A DNA stretch of 35,623 nucleotides. Origin: Candidatus Omnitrophota bacterium. Its GTDB lineage: Bacteria; Omnitrophota; Gorgyraeia; B26-G9. Below the pieces are notes generated by a model that saw only the letters and a list, made by a program, of their open reading frames with translations, made no database searches and was not told the origin of the DNA. The stretch is from positions 1 to 35,623 of the forward strand of contig QNCH01000001.1 of assembly GCA_003645745.1 (NCBI GenBank), written 5' to 3'. Position 1 is the first letter of the stretch, and each line of letters starts with the position of its first letter. This document shows positions 24,001 to 30,000 of the stretch, one piece after another. A program made the position numbers and the translations under genes.

Positions 24001-27000
24001 AGCGGGTTAAAGCAGAAAGAGGGTTATTAGAATTTAGTGTGCAGCATCGGGACACTTTTGAAGATAGTACAATGTCTTATGAAGAGTATAAAAGCTTAGC
24101 AGACCCGTATAATTATAATGTTAAAGGCGTAGCTTATAATAAAAAAGCTAAAGAGGCTTTAGTTGAGTATATTAATGAAAACGGTATAACTACTGAATCT
24201 GGGGATAAACACGAGTTTGAAGTAAAGTATGACAACGGAGATATTGTGCTGGTTAATGAGAATGGGACAAACGAGAAAATATTAACTACAGTTAAAGCTT
24301 CTTTATCCGGCAGAGTAAAAGTTCTGCGCCAGTATGAAGGCGGGGCAATGGGTTATGATGATGCGAGCGGCTTAATGAAACCTTTTGCCAATAAAAACTT
24401 AGCGCCTGATTTACAGATTAGCGACCCTTATCTTGCCGGCCATACAGAAGTTGTGGGCAAGGATTTAATGTCAGAGGAATTAAAAACCAAAGGACAGCAA
24501 GTAGAGCCTCTGCTCAGGAAAATGCGTCTTTCAGGCCGTGCATTAATTACCACCATGGCCAGGGCAATGAGAATGGCCAGGAAAGTTGGCGCAGATATAA
24601 GCGGATTTTCCGGCACCATTGCTCCTGTTTCGCAGTTATCCAGCGCGTTTTACGGCATAAACACAGTTTTAAATAATGCTGAAAATAAAGGTATGCGTTT
24701 ATTTGATTCTGAAAATAAATTAGAGAGAACAGATACTGAATCAGAAGCTTTGCAAAGCATAGATTTAGAGAACGGCAAAGTTCATGTGTGCTTAACAGGC
24801 TTAAAAGGAATAGATGAACAGGTTATTACAACCGAAATGCTGGAAATGTATCAAAGAGAAGGCTATACAGTAATATTTAAAGATCAGCAAACAGGCTGGC
24901 TTGTGTATAGGACAGATAAACTTGAAGCTGGAGAGCTAAGTGGTTTAGTTACCGCAGAACTCCAGGAAAACACAGAATTTAAAGAAAAGAAATTAACTGC
25001 TGAGCAAGTAAACCAGGCTTGCGCGTTAATTGTAAATAAAGTTAACAATGATACAGAGATTAATTTAGAAGTAGTGTCTAATTTGCATAACGCGAAAATT
25101 AAAGCAGAGCTTATTACAGAGATAGAAACAGAATTGAAGATAACTTCAGAGCAGGCACAAGCTTTGGTTGATACAGCTTTAAATTCAGCGAACAATTTAT
25201 TAGTTGAACAAAGGGACACAAATCAGATTGAAGGATATTTAGAGAAAGAAAGAACAGCTGAAGAAAAAGTTATGTTTTTCTATAATCTTAGCGCTTGCCG
25301 CGGCACAGACGTTAGTTTTGCTGACCGTTCAATTAAAGGAGTAATGGATAAAGTTGAAGGCGAAGTTGATGTTCATGCTTTTTTTGACCCATTAAGTGTT
25401 GATTTTGATGTGGAACAATTATTAAAAAGGGACCGCGGCTTGAAATTGCAGAATCCAGCCAACAATGGTAAATGGGAATTTGTGTTTAATGAGACAAATT
25501 CAGAAAACAGCGGATTTGTTTTTGAGAATCAAAAAGATCCTGAGAAAAATTATACACCTGTTTATAACGCGTTAACCGTGCATTATGTGGGCAAAGTCAG
25601 TGATGACGCGCAAACAGTTGATCAGAGAACCGCGAAATATATTTTGGAACAATATGTTAGCCCTGAGCAGGCGCAAGCAGTAATGGCAGGATTAGGAAAT
25701 GCTCAGGTTGAAGTAAGCGCGTTTACTCAAAAATTAAAGGACAATGGAATCAGCGAAGAGACAATTGCAAAGGTTACTGATTTTATCAAAATAAGTTATG
25801 TTTTTGCGCAAAACGGTATTTCCGAGCAAAAGGATATGATGTATAAAGGGTTGTCAGACATCTATGACACACTTACCGGCGAATTTATCGACAGTTTAAT
25901 TGAAACAGCACATAATCCAATAGAAATGAAAAAGATACAGGAAATGCAAAAAGATTTTTATGAATCTTTTGGTTCAGACACAAACATTAAATTAATTGAA
26001 AGCGCGCCAAGCGCTGTGGACGCGTTACAAACAAAATTAAATAATATTATTGATTTTTTTGAGTCCAGAAAAAATAAGGGCAATGACCCAGTATTTAGCG
26101 TATTATCGAAAACAAACAAGCAAAAGATTCAGGCATTTATTGATGCGCGCCCAAAGTTAAATTTAACTGGCAAAATTGATCATAGAGCTGTTCCTATAGG
26201 TATGGCAGATAGTTTAGCGCAGGCAGTTGATTCAACCAATAAATTAATTAAAGTATCTGATTTGCCGACAATAGTTTCAATGAGCGGTAAAGCGCACACT
26301 ACAATTACCGCGCAGTCTTATGAATCCAGAGAAGATAGTATGCAAAATTTTACAGACTCTGAAAAGAAAGAGTTTAAACAGGGACTTGAACAAAGAGGCC
26401 TTTTAGACGGCAATACTTTGAGCGCTTCAGGTGTAGTTGCGATGAATGCATTGGAAACTCTGGAAAAAGCGGATGATAAAGTTAAAACTGAGTTAATGAA
26501 GCTCGCGGAATCCAGAGGCAAAGACCTGAGGAATTCAATTGCAATGCTGCTTTGGTTTTTATTGGATGAAGATTTGTTTTCAGTAAATGAGCTATCGTCT
26601 GCAACAATGGATAAACTAATTCATATAATCGCAGTGATCCAGTCTTTTGGAAAAGCGGTTAATCGGAACGCGCTGATTGGCAAAATAAAAAATATTCAGC
26701 ATACAGATGATCCTCTTGCTCTGCCAAAAGCAGTATTAGCAGAGCTTGAGAAAGATATAGGGCAATACAAAGATTTATCTAAGAAGATTACTTCTGAGGT
26801 ATCTTCTATTGCTCAGGAAGACAGGCTCAACACTGCAAAAGCAATAGTTTTAGAATCATCTTTTGATCATGCAACAAAAGTAAAGATTATTACCAATTTA
26901 GAAGGGATTCAGAATATAGATGATCCTTTTGCTTTAGGCAAAGCAGTGTTTGGCGCGATTGAATCCAAAGGCAGCATTGGGAAACTATCATTATATGAAG

Positions 27001-30000
27001 CATTATCTACTCAAATTGCAGTTCTGGATTTAGTTGCTAATGATCTTAAAGATACAAAATTAAAGATAGCGTATTTAGAACAGGCAATTGCCAAAGATCA
27101 GAGTAACCTAAATCTGAGCAATGGCCTTAAAAAACTGCCATTAATGTTGAGTTTAGGCCTTAAAGCAAACCAATTACAAGGCTCTGGATTAAAACAAATT
27201 CTTAAGAAACTAAAAGAAACTTTAACAATGTCTGGGATGCCGATTAATACAGGCTTAAAAGAGAAATTAGAGAATTTAAAGCAGGTTTATGCAAAATTTG
27301 AATTAAGTATTCCAGAGTTAAAAGAAATAGCAGATAATTCAGGCATAGATCAGTTAAAAGAAAATCCTTTAAGTTTAGGTTTATTATTTAATCCTGAGCT
27401 TGAGCAAACTCAAGTTACTAATGCGGAAAAATTAAGTGTTGTGTTAGAATTTTTAAGCGAACACTCAGCTGAACTTGCAGATGAGTTTGGCAAGCTGAGC
27501 TTAACAAATGTAACTGATTTTGGCAGTTTATCAAAGGATCAGCAGGAAACTATACTTAGTTATTTTGCAAAAGCAGGCCATGATTTAAAACCTGAAGAGT
27601 TTTCTAATTTACGGAGTATGCAGTCTATGCTGGGGAATGTCGGCGGATTTGGCATAGCTTCAATGCTGCAAGGGCTAATGGACAAGGTTTCAGATGATAA
27701 ATTTGCTGGGCAGGCCTCTGGTGCAGAGGCTGCAAGCTTGAGCGTAGAAGCTGAGGAGCAGAAAATTACTTTAGTGAACTGGTTTGCCGGCACAGATGTT
27801 AGTATTGGAGAATATTATGTAGCTGCAGCAGAGAGTAAAATAAAAGAAGCTCAGAAACCTGAGAATACGGAAAATAAAGCAGATTTAATTAGAAATGCAG
27901 TTGGTAATTTTAATAAAGTTATTGATAATCTTGAGAGTAGCGCAGCAGAAAGAATTAGCGCGTGTTTGGGGTTAGCAAGTATTTATACTGATCAGAATTT
28001 GGGTTATCTAACCCCTGGTAATTTAACGCATATAGACGGCTTGCTTGATGGAAAAACTAATAATGTAAACTCTTTGCTTAAAAACAAAGAACTTTCCGCC
28101 AAGCAAAAGAAGCAGTTTTTAAATCAATTAGCCCAGACAGAGCTTAGATTAAGTGATGCTTATCTGGGGCTTAAAACTCCTATGCCGATAAATTCTGTTA
28201 CCTATGGCATAAAAGCATTAAATAATATTAAAAAATTGCCTGAAGATGCAAGAGAAGATTTTGATTTTGATTCTGCGGCTTCTACACTTGCGCAAAGAGC
28301 GCTTAAAATTGAAGACAAAGGCTCTGCGATTATGTTCTTAAAACAAATCAGCGGGTTTGTTCCTGATCATGGCACAGTGCATTATTGTTTAGGCACAGTT
28401 CATCTAGAGCAGAAAAATCTGACTAAAGCAGAGCAAAGTTTTAAGCAGGCAATAGCTAAAATGCCAGATACAGATAAATTAAGAAATAACGCGTATTTGA
28501 GCTTAGCTGAAATTTACCTGGAACAGGAAGAAGCAGAAAAAGCAGAGCAAATTCTTGTGCAGGGTATGGAGAATTTTGTTGCGCCGAACGTTAAGCTTAG
28601 CGCAGCAAAAAGAAATCAGGCCATAGATGCTTATTTTGTTCCGGCATTTAATATGGCAAAAGATAAATTAGGCAATCTCAACCTTTGCGCTGAAATTCTG
28701 CAAAAGCGTCATTCTAAATCTAATATCCCGCTGGTGTCTTTATCAGACAGAGTCAAGGCAGCAGCGTATGCAGCAGCAGTAAAGATTGAACAGGGAAAAG
28801 CATTTAGCGCAGATGATTTTGCACGTGCTTATGGAATCAAAGATGTTGAACTGATTAATAAGTTTGGTGGGGCAGTAGGTAATTTGCGTGCAGCTAAAGG
28901 AGCATATAATGCAGACAAGTATGCAACTGCTGCAATTAATATTATTGCAGAGTTGGTAGGAACAATAAATACTCCATTAGAAAAAGCAGAAGTTATTGAT
29001 TCTCAAACAGTATTATCTGCTGATCCGAAATTTCAGTCCGCAGTTGATACTTTGTTAGCAAGCTTTAATGATTTAGCGCTTACAGAACAAGAACAAGTTG
29101 CGGCAAATAAATCTTTAGAGTCTTTCCGCAAAGGAGAGGTTGAACAGGCATTTAATATTTTGCACACAGGCTTAACCGTAAATAGTTCTAAAGATTATAG
29201 AATGTTGGTTGTTGGTTTTGCGATTGTGAACAAATTAGAAAGCGGAGCTGGTTTGGATAAAATAAGTAATTTAGTAACTAATTATGCGATGAATGCTGAA
29301 CCGAAAAGTAAATTACTGAATTTTGCGAATAGATTGATTAGTAATAAAGACAGCTATTCAGAATCAAATTATTTGATCAGTGTGTGTTCTCAGACAAAAG
29401 CTTTGTTTGAAAAAGACGTAGAATTAAGTTCGAATGTTGCTGGCTTTACTGAAACAAACGATATGTATAAAATGCAGGTTGGCAAAGATGTGTCTGAACA
29501 AGCAACTGTTGCGCAGGAATTAGCTGGTTTAGGTATTGTTTTGGGACAGGGCAAAGATTCAAAATATGTTACTATAAATGATTTTCTTAACGACAATGGA
29601 ATTACTGAAGCTAATTCAGCAATTAAAATTACTGCTGGGAATATAACCTATTTTGCGCGAACAGAAGGATTGGGAAATACTCCTGAATTAAGTATGCTGA
29701 TAAAAGTAAACAAAGGCAAAGTAGAAACAGTTGAAATTTATACTGCAGGAGTTTTCTCAAGACAGGTTCAAAAACAAGAAGATAAAGACAATTATTTATC
29801 AGCAATGCAGAGCCAGCCTGATCTGAAGAGGTTTGTGGTTGCCGCAGACGGACAGGTTGTTCAGGAACAGATTAGAGTTGACTCGCAGACTCAAGGTACA
29901 AAACAAAGCATGGGTTTTGATTCATTACGTAACCAGGTACTTGAAGCAGTCAGCGGGACTTTTAGAGAAAATAATGCTGGTAAGATTAACACTTTGCCCG

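Noticed and set aside
4344-29596. About 35 minus-strand ORFs of 60-203 aa nested inside the giant ORF (for example 5288..5899, 12692..13093, 22016..22516).
   Set aside because: They are antisense shadow frames of a long coding region. Their translations are low-complexity (Ser/Pro/Leu/Ile/Cys-rich) or mirror the Gly/Ala TM cluster. None has an RBS or a recognisable motif, and all lie wholly within a frame that is clearly coding.
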